Assembly: GCA_965248575.1 (NCBI GenBank)
Contig: CBDFJQ010000002.1
Span: forward strand, 1,600,001-1,664,000
From: Planctomycetota bacterium
GTDB taxonomy: Bacteria > Planctomycetota > B15-G4
Direction: 5' to 3'
Length of the DNA: 64,000 nt
Below the pieces are notes generated by a model. The model was not told the origin of the DNA. It saw nothing but the letters and a program-made list of their open reading frames with translations, and did no database searches. The position numbers were made by a program, and so were the translations under genes. Below, one piece after another: positions 48,769 through 58,576 of this stretch (its first letter is position 1; each line of letters starts with the position of its first letter).

Positions 48769-50327
48769 AGTCAGCAGGCACCCTGGACCAATGCCTGCGC
48801 CGGAGCGTCGGGCGCTTCGGCGAGCGCACAGCCGTCATCAGCGGCCCCCTGAGCCTGAGCTACACAGACCTCGACCGGTCCGTCGAGCAGACCTCCGCCT
48901 GGCTGCGTGCTCAGGGCGTCCACCCCGGCGATCGTGTCCTGCTGCAATTGTCGAAGGGCGTGCCCTTCCTGTTGCTCCATCTGGCGAACATGCGGGTGGG
49001 CAGCGTGTCCGTCCCCGTGAACCCGCTGGCAACGCCTCGCGAGCGCGCCGAAGCCGAGGCGGACTGCCGCCCAACCCTCAGCGTCGATGAGCCGTCGCTG
49101 CGCAGGTCGGGTCCCCGGGGCATCGTGGGCTTCGCCGCAGCCATCGAGCGAGAGGGAGAGGGGGCGGATGTCGGAGCCCAACGGCAACAGCCCTCACCTG
49201 GGCCTGTACCTGGGCCGTCACCTAGCTCGGACGACCTCGCCTGCCTGCTCTACACCTCTGGCACCACTGGCCGCCCCAAGGGCGCGCGCCTGCTGCAGCG
49301 GCAACTCGCCGCCAACATCGAGACCCTGCGTCAGGCCTGGGGCTGGAGCGAGCACGACCGCATCTACCACGCACTGCCTCTCTTCCATGTCCACGGGCTG
49401 TTCGTGGCTGCCTCCGTGGCGCTCGCCTCCGGCGCCACCCTCGAACTGGCGCCCCGATTCGACCCCGAGCGCACCTGGTCGGCGCTCCTGTCCGGGCGCA
49501 CGACACTCTTCATGGGCGTGCCCACCATGTATCACCGCCTGCTGGCCCACGCGCCCAGCCTCGACCCCATCGCGCTGCGGGATCCAGCGGCCCTGCAGGT
49601 GCGTCTGTTCACCTCCGGCTCGGCCCCGCTACGGGAGGACACCCTCGCAGACTTCGAAGCACTCACGGGGCACCGGATCCTGGAGCGCTACGGCATGACG
49701 GAGGTGGGCATGGCCGCCAGCAATCCGCTGCACGGCCCCCGCAGACCAGGACGCGTGGGTCCTGCCCTGCCAGGCGTCGGCCTGCGCATCAGGGACCGCG
49801 ACACGGGCGAGGTGCTCCCCCCCGACTCCGTTGGCGAAGTGGAGATCACGGGTCCGTCGGTCTTTGATGGCTACTGGGAGCGCCCCGAACAAACGGCCCA
49901 GTGCTTCACCGAGGACGGTTGGTTGCGCAGCGGCGACTTGGGCTCCCTCGATGAAAGCCGCTCCTTGAAGCTCGTGGGCCGCGCGAAGGAGCTGATCATC
50001 TCGGGCGGGTTGAACGTCTATCCGCAGGAGGTGGAGCGGGTGCTCAACGAGCATCCGGAGGTTTCCGAGTGTGCCGTCTGGGGTGTACCCGATGCCGACT
50101 TTGGTGAGGCCGTCGTGGCAGGGGTCGTGCTGAAGGAAGGCGTCGATCCGGGCACCGGGCGCGCGACGGACGCGACCTCTCTCAAGCGCTGGGCACGGGA
50201 GCGCCTGGCCGCGTACAAATTGCCCAAGCGCATCGTGTTCCTCACCGAGCTGCCCCGCAACGCCATGGGCAAGGTGCAGAAGGCACGGCTCGCTGAGATG
50301 CCTGCCCTACGGGACGACGGTCCTTGA
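48765..50327 (+). CDS. AMP-binding acyl-CoA synthetase (malonyl-CoA synthetase MatB-like)
   Basis: YTSGTTGRPKG, LPLFHVHGL, SGSAPL, ERYGMTE, RNAMGKVQK. Confidence 0.85.
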   Translation: MKSAGTLDQCLRRSVGRFGERTAVISGPLSLSYTDLDRSVEQTSAWLRAQGVHPGDRVLLQLSKGVPFLLLHLANMRVGSVSVPVNPLATPRERAEAEADCRPTLSVDEPSLRRSGPRGIVGFAAAIEREGEGADVGAQRQQPSPGPVPGPSPSSDDLACLLYTSGTTGRPKGARLLQRQLAANIETLRQAWGWSEHDRIYHALPLFHVHGLFVAASVALASGATLELAPRFDPERTWSALLSGRTTLFMGVPTMYHRLLAHAPSLDPIALRDPAALQVRLFTSGSAPLREDTLADFEALTGHRILERYGMTEVGMAASNPLHGPRRPGRVGPALPGVGLRIRDRDTGEVLPPDSVGEVEITGPSVFDGYWERPEQTAQCFTEDGWLRSGDLGSLDESRSLKLVGRAKELIISGGLNVYPQEVERVLNEHPEVSECAVWGVPDADFGEAVVAGVVLKEGVDPGTGRATDATSLKRWARERLAAYKLPKRIVFLTELPRNAMGKVQKARLAEMPALRDDGP

Positions 50328-50378
50328 TTCGGAAAACCGCGCGCCACGCCGTGCCCAGGGGAACACGCTGGTCAGGGT

Positions 50379-52454
50379 TCAGCCGCTGGTCGACTCGCCC
50401 ACCTGCCCTGCATCCGGATTGCCCACTGCGACGCCAGACTGGCCGGGCGTCGCCACACCCACCGGGTGGACCGGCCCCTCGCCCCGCAGGTGCTCGTCGA
50501 GCAAGCGGGCTGCCACACCGATCAGGTCCCATTCGGTGAGGATGCCCACCAATTTGCCGTCGTCCACGACGGGTAGACAGCCCACCTTCTCAGTGCGCAT
50601 GAGGGCGATGGCGTCCAGGGTGCGCGTGTCCGAGGAAACAGTCACAGGTGCTGGCTTCATGATGTCGCTGACGGCAACGGGATCCGCATCCGCCCTGCGC
50701 CGACCGCGCGCCACGAGTCGCAGGAGTGAGCGATGGGAAAGCAGGCCCACCAGCTGCCCTTGTTCATCCTCCACCGGCACATGCCGCACGTGTTCCCAAT
50801 CCATGAGACTGGCCGCCAGGTCCACCAGGTCTCCCGGTTGCACCGTGAACAGATCGGTCGACATGAACTGCCCGACGGTCCGGTAGGTGTCCCGCAGGTC
50901 GAGCACCTCATCGAGATCCGCCGAACTGGCCAGCTCCCACTCGTGGACCGGCACCTCGTGGGCCTGGCGTCGGAGCATGACTTCCGTCAGCGTGCGATGG
51001 AGTACATCCGTTGAGCCGCGACTCATGCCGGCTTTTGACGGATCGTCCTTGTCAGCCTCGGTCGCGCCCCCACCCGGAGAGAACCCGGCCATGCTGCGCA
51101 AGGAATCCCGACACCAACGTGCACCTGTCTGGCCACTGCGCACACGCTCTTCCACGACATTGAGGTAGCGATCCACGTCACCGCTGGCGATGCCCGCCTC
51201 CCGGAGCCCATCACGAGCCATGGGCAGCAGCCTCTCGAGGATCAGCGTGGAGGCCGGGATGGTCTCTCCATCCACCCAGGTAAACTGGGCTTTCAGCCCG
51301 TGTCGCGCCGCTGCGAAGAAGTTGGACTTGGCGTCGTCGAACAGCATTCGCTTGTGAACCTGCCCATACTCCTCCACGCAGGCCGCCATGAGGCCGTAGT
51401 AGAACGCCGCGTTCGCCATCTGATCCAGCACCGTGGGGCCGGCGGGCAGGACACGGTTCTCGATGCGCAGATGCGGGACGACCCCGTCGTGGCCGTAGCA
51501 CACGCGATTCCAGCGGTAGACAGTTCCGTTGTGCAAGCGCAGGGCGGTGAGTTCGGGGATGCCCCCGGCATCCAGCACGGACTCCGGGTCCTCCTCGAGA
51601 TCGGCCACGAAGAGCACCCGGAAACGGGTGATGTTGTCGCGCCAGACCTCGGCCGCGGATTCCCTCACCCAGGAATCCCCAAAGCTCACACGTGGGCGCG
51701 CGTTGCGAGCCTTTTCCAAGGTCGAGCGTGCGTCCACGGAATGCTGGAAGAGGGCGACCCGCGTTTCATTCCAGAGCTGCCGGCCGAGCAGCAGCGGAGA
51801 GTTCACGGCCGCAGCCAAGACCGGGGCGGTGATGACCTGGGCGATGTTGTAGAGCTTCGCAAACTCCTTCGGCGCCACCTGGAAGTGCAGCTGGAAGCTC
51901 GTATTGCACGATTCCAGCATGACGTTGTCATGGACCAGTTCGAGTTCGTCGATGCCCTTGATGGTGACCTGGAACTTGCCCCCACGCGCGGCGCAGGTCG
52001 CATCATTGATCTCGTGGTAGCGATCCTTGGGCGTCATGTTGGCGAGGCTCAGGTCCCGCACCCGCAAGGTGGGCAGGATGCCCGTCAGCAGGATTCGGGC
52101 GTCCTGGGTACGAGCCGCGGTATCGGCGGCACCCACCAGCTCCTTGAGCTCGGCTTCCATGTCCGCCAGGCAGCTGCCCCCGAAGACCCGTGGATTGGCG
52201 TTGGCCTCCAGGTTGAAGCGCGCCAACTCGTTCACCAGTTCGGGGCGATCCGCGTGCGCCAGCACGGCATCGGCCACAGGCGCCGCCCGCATGGCACTGT
52301 CGACGAGGAACATCTCCATCTCGGCCCCGATGCGTCGGATGCCCGTCTCGAAGCGTTCCTCTTCCAACATGCGCTCGAAGGCATGCACGTCGTTCAGCAA
52401 CGCCTTCATGTAGCGGCGACGCTGCAGCTCTTCGGTCGAACGATTGGAATCCAT
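50379..52454 (-). CDS. Glutamate-cysteine ligase family 2 (GCS2) protein fused to C-terminal tandem CBS domains
   Basis: IGAEMEMFLV, ELARFNLE, SFQLH, HNGTVYRWNR, LRIENR, then a CBS pair. Start trimmed to MDSNRS. Confidence 0.85.
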   Translation of the reverse strand: MDSNRSTEELQRRRYMKALLNDVHAFERMLEEERFETGIRRIGAEMEMFLVDSAMRAAPVADAVLAHADRPELVNELARFNLEANANPRVFGGSCLADMEAELKELVGAADTAARTQDARILLTGILPTLRVRDLSLANMTPKDRYHEINDATCAARGGKFQVTIKGIDELELVHDNVMLESCNTSFQLHFQVAPKEFAKLYNIAQVITAPVLAAAVNSPLLLGRQLWNETRVALFQHSVDARSTLEKARNARPRVSFGDSWVRESAAEVWRDNITRFRVLFVADLEEDPESVLDAGGIPELTALRLHNGTVYRWNRVCYGHDGVVPHLRIENRVLPAGPTVLDQMANAAFYYGLMAACVEEYGQVHKRMLFDDAKSNFFAAARHGLKAQFTWVDGETIPASTLILERLLPMARDGLREAGIASGDVDRYLNVVEERVRSGQTGARWCRDSLRSMAGFSPGGGATEADKDDPSKAGMSRGSTDVLHRTLTEVMLRRQAHEVPVHEWELASSADLDEVLDLRDTYRTVGQFMSTDLFTVQPGDLVDLAASLMDWEHVRHVPVEDEQGQLVGLLSHRSLLRLVARGRRRADADPVAVSDIMKPAPVTVSSDTRTLDAIALMRTEKVGCLPVVDDGKLVGILTEWDLIGVAARLLDEHLRGEGPVHPVGVATPGQSGVAVGNPDAGQVGESTSG

Positions 52455-52532
52455 GCGCGACCCGTAGCCCCTGAGAGAGTGACAAGACAGAAGATACCAC
52501 CCCGAGCCGATGCCGACCGTATGCTGGCTCCC

Positions 52533-54404
52533 ATGAGGCATCTGAACGCAGCGATGTTCACCACCCGAATCCGTTTCCGCAACGTCGTGGCGACCGTCGG
52601 CCTGGGGATGCTGGCACTGCTGTTGCAGTTGGCCGGCTGCAGCTCGCCGCCAAGCCCCGGGGACCCCGCTCGGCGTGCCGGCCTCCAGACGGGAATCCAC
52701 ACGACGGTCCGCCTGGAGCGCGCCCTGGAAACGGACGCTGGAGCCGTGGCCTGCGTGGACAGATACGCGGCACAGGTCGGCGCCGAGCTCTTGGCGCGCG
52801 GGGGCAATGCCGTGGACGCTGCCGTGGGAACGGCCCTGGCTTTGGCCGTCACCTGGCCCCAGGCCGGCAACCTCGGCGGCGGCGGCTTCATGATCGTCCG
52901 CATGGCCGACGGGCGGCAGATCAGCATCGACGCACGGGAGACCGCCCCCGCCGCCTTTCCCCAAGACGCCTTCCTTGATGAAAGCGGGAGCTATGACCCC
53001 GCTCGCGCATCGGACCCCTGGCTCGCCATCGGTGTGCCCGGGAGCGTCGCCGGACTCGGAGCAGCCCACGAACGCTTCGGCCTGCTGACCTGGGCTGAGG
53101 TGGTGGGGCCCGCCATCGAGCTGGCACGTCGCGGCTTCGTTCGTGATGAGATGTTCTGCCGTTATCTCACCTCGGCCGCAGCGGAGCTGAATGCGCTGCC
53201 CTCGAGCCGGGCGATCTTCTTGAATGCCGACGGCACCGCGCCCGCCGTGGGGACACGACTGACTCAGTACCAACTCGCGCGAACCCTCGAAGTTCTTGCC
53301 GCAGAGGGCTCCAGCGCGTTCTACACAGGCCCTCTTGCGGAGGGACTCGTCCGGGACGTGCAAGCCGCGGGGGGCCTGCTGACGCTCGACGACCTGGCGT
53401 CCTATCAGGTGCTGTTCCGGGAGCCCCTGCTGCTCGAGTTTGCAGGGCGCACAGTGCTCGCCATGCCTCCCCCCTCCTCCGGCGGTGTGGCCCTGGGCCA
53501 GATCCTCGGACAATTGGAGCGGGTCTTCAGCCCGGCGACCGACGGCCAGGCTGACGCAGCTCCGACCCCGGGCTCCCTGCGCTTCCTGCATCACTACGCG
53601 GAAGCTGCCCGGCGCGCCTTCGCCGAGCGGGCTCGCTGGCTAGGCGACCCCGACTTTGTCCCGGTGCCCACCGAACGCCTGCTGCATTCCGCCACCCTGG
53701 ACGCCCTCGCAGCGAGCATTGACTCCCAGCGGGCCACCGCCAGCCAGCTGCTAGGCCCCCCGCTCACACCGCAGCGCGCCGTGCCCGAGAGCGAAGAGAC
53801 CACCCACATCTCCGTGATCGACGCCGACGGCAACGCCGTCTCCTTCACCACGACACTCGAGGCGACCTACGGCAGCAAGGCGGTCTCCGCCAGCACCGGC
53901 ATCCTGCTGAACAACCAGCTCGGGGACTTCAATCGGATTCCCGGACAGACAACGGTCGAAGGGCACATCGGCACGCCAGCGAATCTCGCGGCGCCTGGCA
54001 AGCGCCCGCTGAGTTCGATGTCGCCGGTCATCGTCCTGGACGGTGAAGAGGTCGTGCTGGTGACTGGCAGCCCTGGCGGCCGCACGATCATCAACACGGT
54101 GGCGCAGGTGGTGCTGGCCCACCTGTTGCACGGCATGCCCTTGGCCGATGCGGTCAACGCGCCACGGGTGCATCACCAATGGCATCCCGACAGCCTGTCG
54201 TTCGAATCGGTAGCGGACTGGCCATCGACCGAGGTGCGCCAGCAGCTCGAGGCCATGGGTCACCGACTCGATCGCCGACCCGACACGCCACCGAGCCTCG
54301 GGCGCCTCGGCGCCGCGCACTCCGTCGCGCGCGACCCGGCCAGCGGACGCATCACTGCCGTGGGCGACCAGCGCCGGGACGGATGGGCTGCCAGCGACAA
54401 CTGA
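52533..54404 (+). CDS. ggt: Gamma-glutamyltransferase (lipoprotein)
   Basis: Lipobox LAG-C; GGNAVDAA, GNLGGGGF, DARE, TTHISV (Thr nucleophile), KRPLSSM, GSPGG. Confidence 0.92.
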   Translation: MRHLNAAMFTTRIRFRNVVATVGLGMLALLLQLAGCSSPPSPGDPARRAGLQTGIHTTVRLERALETDAGAVACVDRYAAQVGAELLARGGNAVDAAVGTALALAVTWPQAGNLGGGGFMIVRMADGRQISIDARETAPAAFPQDAFLDESGSYDPARASDPWLAIGVPGSVAGLGAAHERFGLLTWAEVVGPAIELARRGFVRDEMFCRYLTSAAAELNALPSSRAIFLNADGTAPAVGTRLTQYQLARTLEVLAAEGSSAFYTGPLAEGLVRDVQAAGGLLTLDDLASYQVLFREPLLLEFAGRTVLAMPPPSSGGVALGQILGQLERVFSPATDGQADAAPTPGSLRFLHHYAEAARRAFAERARWLGDPDFVPVPTERLLHSATLDALAASIDSQRATASQLLGPPLTPQRAVPESEETTHISVIDADGNAVSFTTTLEATYGSKAVSASTGILLNNQLGDFNRIPGQTTVEGHIGTPANLAAPGKRPLSSMSPVIVLDGEEVVLVTGSPGGRTIINTVAQVVLAHLLHGMPLADAVNAPRVHHQWHPDSLSFESVADWPSTEVRQQLEAMGHRLDRRPDTPPSLGRLGAAHSVARDPASGRITAVGDQRRDGWAASDN

Positions 54405-54413
54405 GGTCGTCCT

Positions 54414-55634
54414 TCAGCGGGCGTGCACCTTGACCGTCTCGCCCACCGTGTCGAGCATCTTGCGCAGGGTGTCGTAGTCCGGGTGCTTCATGCGCACCCA
54501 GGCGTTGGCCATGAAGCCACCTTCAACCGGCTGCGTCTTGGACCCGGGGCCCGGGAAGTGGCTGTCGATGATCCACTCGCCCCAGTGGTGGTTCAGCTCG
54601 TCGACCCCCTCGTAGCTCACGATGTGGCCGTCGCAGTCCGGGCGCAGGGCGATCATGCCCGCCGCGTATTGCCGTGAGGTCTGCGCACCTGGGCGGCCAT
54701 GAACCAGGGCGTTCGCCCACTCCACATAGACGTCCATGTCATTGGAAGCGCAGTAGAGGTCCCAGGCACCCACACCCGGTGGGCGGCATCCGATCTCCGA
54801 GAATTTCAATCCCTTGGGCCCGAAGAACCACTCCATGTGCGTCGCCGACGTGCCGATGCCCAGTTCTTCGATGACACGCTGCCCGAGACGTTTGACCTGG
54901 CCGTAGGTGTCGGCCGCCACGCGATTGGTGGTGACGATCTGGGGCGAGACCCAGCGGCTGCGCATGCCATCGAGGACGTTCGGGTAGTAGTGGCAGATGA
55001 ACTCGTGCATCACCTTGCCGTCCACGCAAAGCGTGTCGTAGAAACCTTCGTGACCTTCGATGAACTCCTCGAGCGCGACCTCGGCGCCCCGGTGCACCCC
55101 CGAGCTGCGCAGGGCCTGCCCCAACTCGTCGTCGTTGTTCACGCGGGAGGTGCCAGCCGCACCCGCGCCGTCGCGCGGCTTCACGATGAGCGGGTATCCC
55201 ACCTGGGTCGCAAAGCTCGCAGCCTCCTCCAGCGACGCCACTCCCGTGGATTGCGCGCACGGGACGTCTGCTTGCCGCAGGGCCTCCTTCATGGCTGGCT
55301 TGTCGCGGCATAGGAAGGCGGTCTGGACCGAGGTGCCCGGAATGCCGCAGGCCTCGCGCACGTTTGCCGTCGGTTGGATGTGCGCCTCCACGGTGGCTTC
55401 CAGCCGATCGACCCAACCGCGAGACTGGATGCGCTGCACCGCCTCCAACAAGGAGGGTTCGTGCACCACCGACGGCACTTGTTCGTAGGCACCGAGCCAA
55501 CCCCGGAGCTCGTCGTCGAGGAACTCGAGAGGCCGTTCGCCAATGCCCGTCACGAAGGCCCCGACGCTGGCCAGGGCGCGCACGAACTCGCGTTGGTTGA
55601 AGGGGAAACCGGGTTCGACAAAGATCACATGCAT
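54414..55634 (-). CDS. ATP-grasp ligase (paralog A)
   Basis: RDKPAMK, GYPLIVKP..GAG, EEFIEG, HMEWF, EIGCRPPG. Confidence 0.88.
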   Translation of the reverse strand: MHVIFVEPGFPFNQREFVRALASVGAFVTGIGERPLEFLDDELRGWLGAYEQVPSVVHEPSLLEAVQRIQSRGWVDRLEATVEAHIQPTANVREACGIPGTSVQTAFLCRDKPAMKEALRQADVPCAQSTGVASLEEAASFATQVGYPLIVKPRDGAGAAGTSRVNNDDELGQALRSSGVHRGAEVALEEFIEGHEGFYDTLCVDGKVMHEFICHYYPNVLDGMRSRWVSPQIVTTNRVAADTYGQVKRLGQRVIEELGIGTSATHMEWFFGPKGLKFSEIGCRPPGVGAWDLYCASNDMDVYVEWANALVHGRPGAQTSRQYAAGMIALRPDCDGHIVSYEGVDELNHHWGEWIIDSHFPGPGSKTQPVEGGFMANAWVRMKHPDYDTLRKMLDTVGETVKVHAR

Positions 55635-55659
55635 GACGCTGCGTCCTCTTCAGGGCCCC

Positions 55660-55707
55660 CTGGCAATCAAAGGGGCAAGTCACGGGGCAAACAACGGGGC
55701 AAGTCCG
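55660..55707. repeat. 12-bp-period direct repeat, core GGGGCAA (three exact copies plus one degenerate)
   Basis: Cores at 55672, 55684 and 55696; degenerate CTGGCAA at 55660. Confidence 0.75.
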
Positions 55708-55743
55708 CACCCGCCCGCCCGGCATGCCCCCATCTCGGGGGCC

Positions 55744-57213
55744 TCAGGCAGGCGTGGCGGTCAGCAATTGATGGTACAGCGACTCATAGGACCCCGTCTG
55801 CCGCTCCCATGAGAAATCCATGCCCATGGCGTTCGCTTGCATGCGTTTCCATTGGGGGGCATCCGCCCAGAGTTCAAGGGCGTAGGTCAGGGCCCAGCGC
55901 ATTCCGGACGCATCGAATTGATCAAAGAGAATGCCCGTGCCGGCCCCCGTCTGGGAGTCGAACTGGCTGACCGTGTCGGCCAGACCACCCGTCCGTCGCA
56001 CGATGGGGATCGTGCCGTAGCGCAGGCTGTACATCTGGTTCAGCCCGCACGGTTCATAGAGCGAAGGCATGAGGAAGGCGTCGGCCCCGGCCTCGATCAG
56101 GTGTGCCAGGGGATTGTCGTAACCGCGGTAGAAACACATGCGGCCCGGAAAGCGCCGTTGGAGATCCTGGAAGGCCTGCTCGTATTTGCTCTCCCCGCTG
56201 CCCAGCACCACCACGCGCACGTCGCGGCCCGAGAGCATCTCTGCCAGGGGCTCGAACACCAGCTCGAAGCCCTTCTGGTAAACGAGCCGCGACACGATGC
56301 CGAACACCGGCGCCGTCTCGGTCGGGCCCAAGCCCAGTGCCTTCAGCAGCGCGGCCTTGTTCTTCGCCTTCCCCGAGAGGTCCTGGGCTGAGAACGGGTG
56401 CGGAATCAGAGTGTCCTGTTCCGGGCTCCATTCGCCGTAGTCCACACCGTTCACGATACCCACCAGGCTGGAGGCCCGATCGCGCAGGATTCCGTCGAGA
56501 CCCATCCCCAGCTCTTCGGTCTGGATCTCCGCCGCATAGGTCTCGCTCACCGTGGTGATGGCGTCCGCGTACAGCAGCCCTGTCTTCAAGAAATTGATGC
56601 GCCCCTGGGCCAGGTCCTCCTGGTGCAGCAGGTGGACGGCGTCATCCAGGCCCAGATCGTGCACGGCCTCGGACCCCACCACCCCCTGATACCCGATGTT
56701 GTGGATGGTCAGCACCGTCTTTGTACGAGCGAAGAGATCCTCCCAGGACGACAGCAGCTTCAGGTAGAGCGGCAGCAAGCCCGCGTGCCAGTCGTTGCAG
56801 TGCACGATGTCCGGGGCCCAGGAAGTGGCCTGACAGGCCGTCAGGGAAGCTCGGGCCAGGAGCGCGAAGCGGAGGTGTTCGTCCTCGTCTGCGGTGTAGA
56901 TCCCCTCCCGGTCGTAGAGCTCCGGGCAGTCGATGCAGTAGACCTCCAAGCCGCTGCGTTCGATGGTCGTGGAGAGGACCGAGATGCGCCCCGAACGAGG
57001 CCCCAGGGACACGGACAGATCGCTCATGCCAGGCACAGGGCTGAACTCGAGACCCGCCTCCCGCATGCGCCGATAGAGGGGCATGAAGACGCGCACCTCG
57101 TGACCCTGCTTCGAGAGCTGGGCACCCAGGGCAGCCGTGACGTCCGCGAGGCCTCCTGTCTTCGCAAGTGGCGCCACTTCCGACGAAACGAGGCTGATCT
57201 TGAGCGGGGTCAT
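55744..57213 (-). CDS. glgA: Glycogen synthase (GT5)
   Basis: SEVAPLAKTGGLADV, HCNDWH, TIHN..YQG, SRL..QKG, PSLYEPCGLNQMY, TGGLADTV. Confidence 0.95.
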   Translation of the reverse strand: MTPLKISLVSSEVAPLAKTGGLADVTAALGAQLSKQGHEVRVFMPLYRRMREAGLEFSPVPGMSDLSVSLGPRSGRISVLSTTIERSGLEVYCIDCPELYDREGIYTADEDEHLRFALLARASLTACQATSWAPDIVHCNDWHAGLLPLYLKLLSSWEDLFARTKTVLTIHNIGYQGVVGSEAVHDLGLDDAVHLLHQEDLAQGRINFLKTGLLYADAITTVSETYAAEIQTEELGMGLDGILRDRASSLVGIVNGVDYGEWSPEQDTLIPHPFSAQDLSGKAKNKAALLKALGLGPTETAPVFGIVSRLVYQKGFELVFEPLAEMLSGRDVRVVVLGSGESKYEQAFQDLQRRFPGRMCFYRGYDNPLAHLIEAGADAFLMPSLYEPCGLNQMYSLRYGTIPIVRRTGGLADTVSQFDSQTGAGTGILFDQFDASGMRWALTYALELWADAPQWKRMQANAMGMDFSWERQTGSYESLYHQLLTATPA

Positions 57214-57355
57214 GAAGGCTCCGGAGGGATCGAGACAAGGGGAGCCACTCTATCCCATGGCAGGGAGTGCCTGAACCTCTCGCAAGCGGTATCCTGCCTC
57301 GCTCCGCGATGCTCTCCGACATCGTGGAACGCCCCTGCTCACGAGCGGAACCGAC

Positions 57356-58576
57356 ATGCGCCACGCGGTGTTCGTCGTCCCCTTCCTGTTCGAAACCTCC
57401 GTGCGCTTCCTGCGCGCCGCCCTCGGCGTTCAGGGCGCAGCGGTGAGCCTGATCAGCCAGGACCCCCTGGAGCGCTTTGACAAGGACATCCGTGCTGGCC
57501 TTGCCGGCCATTGGCGTGTCGAGAAGGCCCTGGACCCCAACCACCTCGTGGAAGCCGTGCGGGGCCTCTCCAAGCAACTCGGCCCCGTGGACAGCTTGAA
57601 CGGCGTGCTGGAGCAGCTGCAGGTGCCGTTGGCCCAAGCGCGGGCTGCGTTGGACCTCCCTGGCCTGCCCGTCGACGCCGCCCAGTGCTTCCGGGACAAG
57701 TCGGTGATGAAGACGCGCTTGGCGGCGGCAGGCTTGCCCTGCGCACATCACCGCCTGGTGACATCCCGCGAAGAGCTGGAAGCCTTCCTGAACCAGGTGG
57801 GTTTCCCGGTCGTCATCAAACCACCGGCAGGCGCAGGCGCCGTAGACACCTTCCGGCTGGACAACGCCAGCCAACTCCCGCAAGCCCTCGCCAGCTGGTC
57901 GCCCCACCCCAACCGCCCGATGCTGGTGGAAGAGTTCATCGTGGGCAGCGAGCACTCCTTCGATGCCGTTTGCATCGACGGGCAGTGCCTCTGGTACAGC
58001 ATCAGCGACTACTCACCGACGCCGCTCGAGGTCATGCGCAACGACTGGGTCCAGTGGTGCGTGCAGCTCCCGCACGAGCTGGACGGGCGGGGGTACGAGG
58101 CCATCGTCGACGCGGGCCCCAAGGCACTCACGGCCCTGGGCATGGGCACGGGGCTGGCGCACATGGAGTGGTTTCGTCGGCCCGACGGGTCCATCGCCAT
58201 CTCCGAAGTGGGTGCCCGCCCACCCGGCGCCCAGTTCACCTCCCTCATGAGCTACGCCCACGACACCGACATGTACGCCGCCTGGTCGCGGCTCATGATC
58301 GAAGGGCGCTTCGACCCACCCACTCGCCAGTACTCAGCCGGCGCTGCCTACCTGCGCGGCCAAGGCAAAGGCGTGGTGCGGGCCGTCCGCGGGCTCGAGC
58401 AAGCACAGCGCGAGCTAGGCTCCTTGGTCGTGGACGTGAAACTGCCGTCAGTCGGGCAGTCCCAGGCCAGCAGCTACGAGGGCGAGGGCTACGCCATCCT
58501 GCGGCACCCGCGCACCGACGTCGTCCAAAAGGGGCTGCGACGATTGATCGAACTGGTCCGCGTGGAGCTCGGCTGA
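57356..58576 (+). CDS. ATP-grasp ligase (paralog B)
   Basis: FRDKSVMK, GFPVVIKP..GAG, EEF..G, HMEWF, EVGARPPG. Confidence 0.88.
   Translation: MRHAVFVVPFLFETSVRFLRAALGVQGAAVSLISQDPLERFDKDIRAGLAGHWRVEKALDPNHLVEAVRGLSKQLGPVDSLNGVLEQLQVPLAQARAALDLPGLPVDAAQCFRDKSVMKTRLAAAGLPCAHHRLVTSREELEAFLNQVGFPVVIKPPAGAGAVDTFRLDNASQLPQALASWSPHPNRPMLVEEFIVGSEHSFDAVCIDGQCLWYSISDYSPTPLEVMRNDWVQWCVQLPHELDGRGYEAIVDAGPKALTALGMGTGLAHMEWFRRPDGSIAISEVGARPPGAQFTSLMSYAHDTDMYAAWSRLMIEGRFDPPTRQYSAGAAYLRGQGKGVVRAVRGLEQAQRELGSLVVDVKLPSVGQSQASSYEGEGYAILRHPRTDVVQKGLRRLIELVRVELG

Noticed and set aside
50379..54404. Mutually overlapping 1071-aa and 1034-aa ORFs
   Set aside because: Each is over-extended through the other's antisense strand; the real genes are divergent from 52454 and ~52533.
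57511..58575. N-terminal extension of the 762-aa ORF (possible fusion or frameshift)
   Set aside because: Alternate-frame read-through of ATP-grasp B; homology to the paralogs starts at the ATG at 58576.
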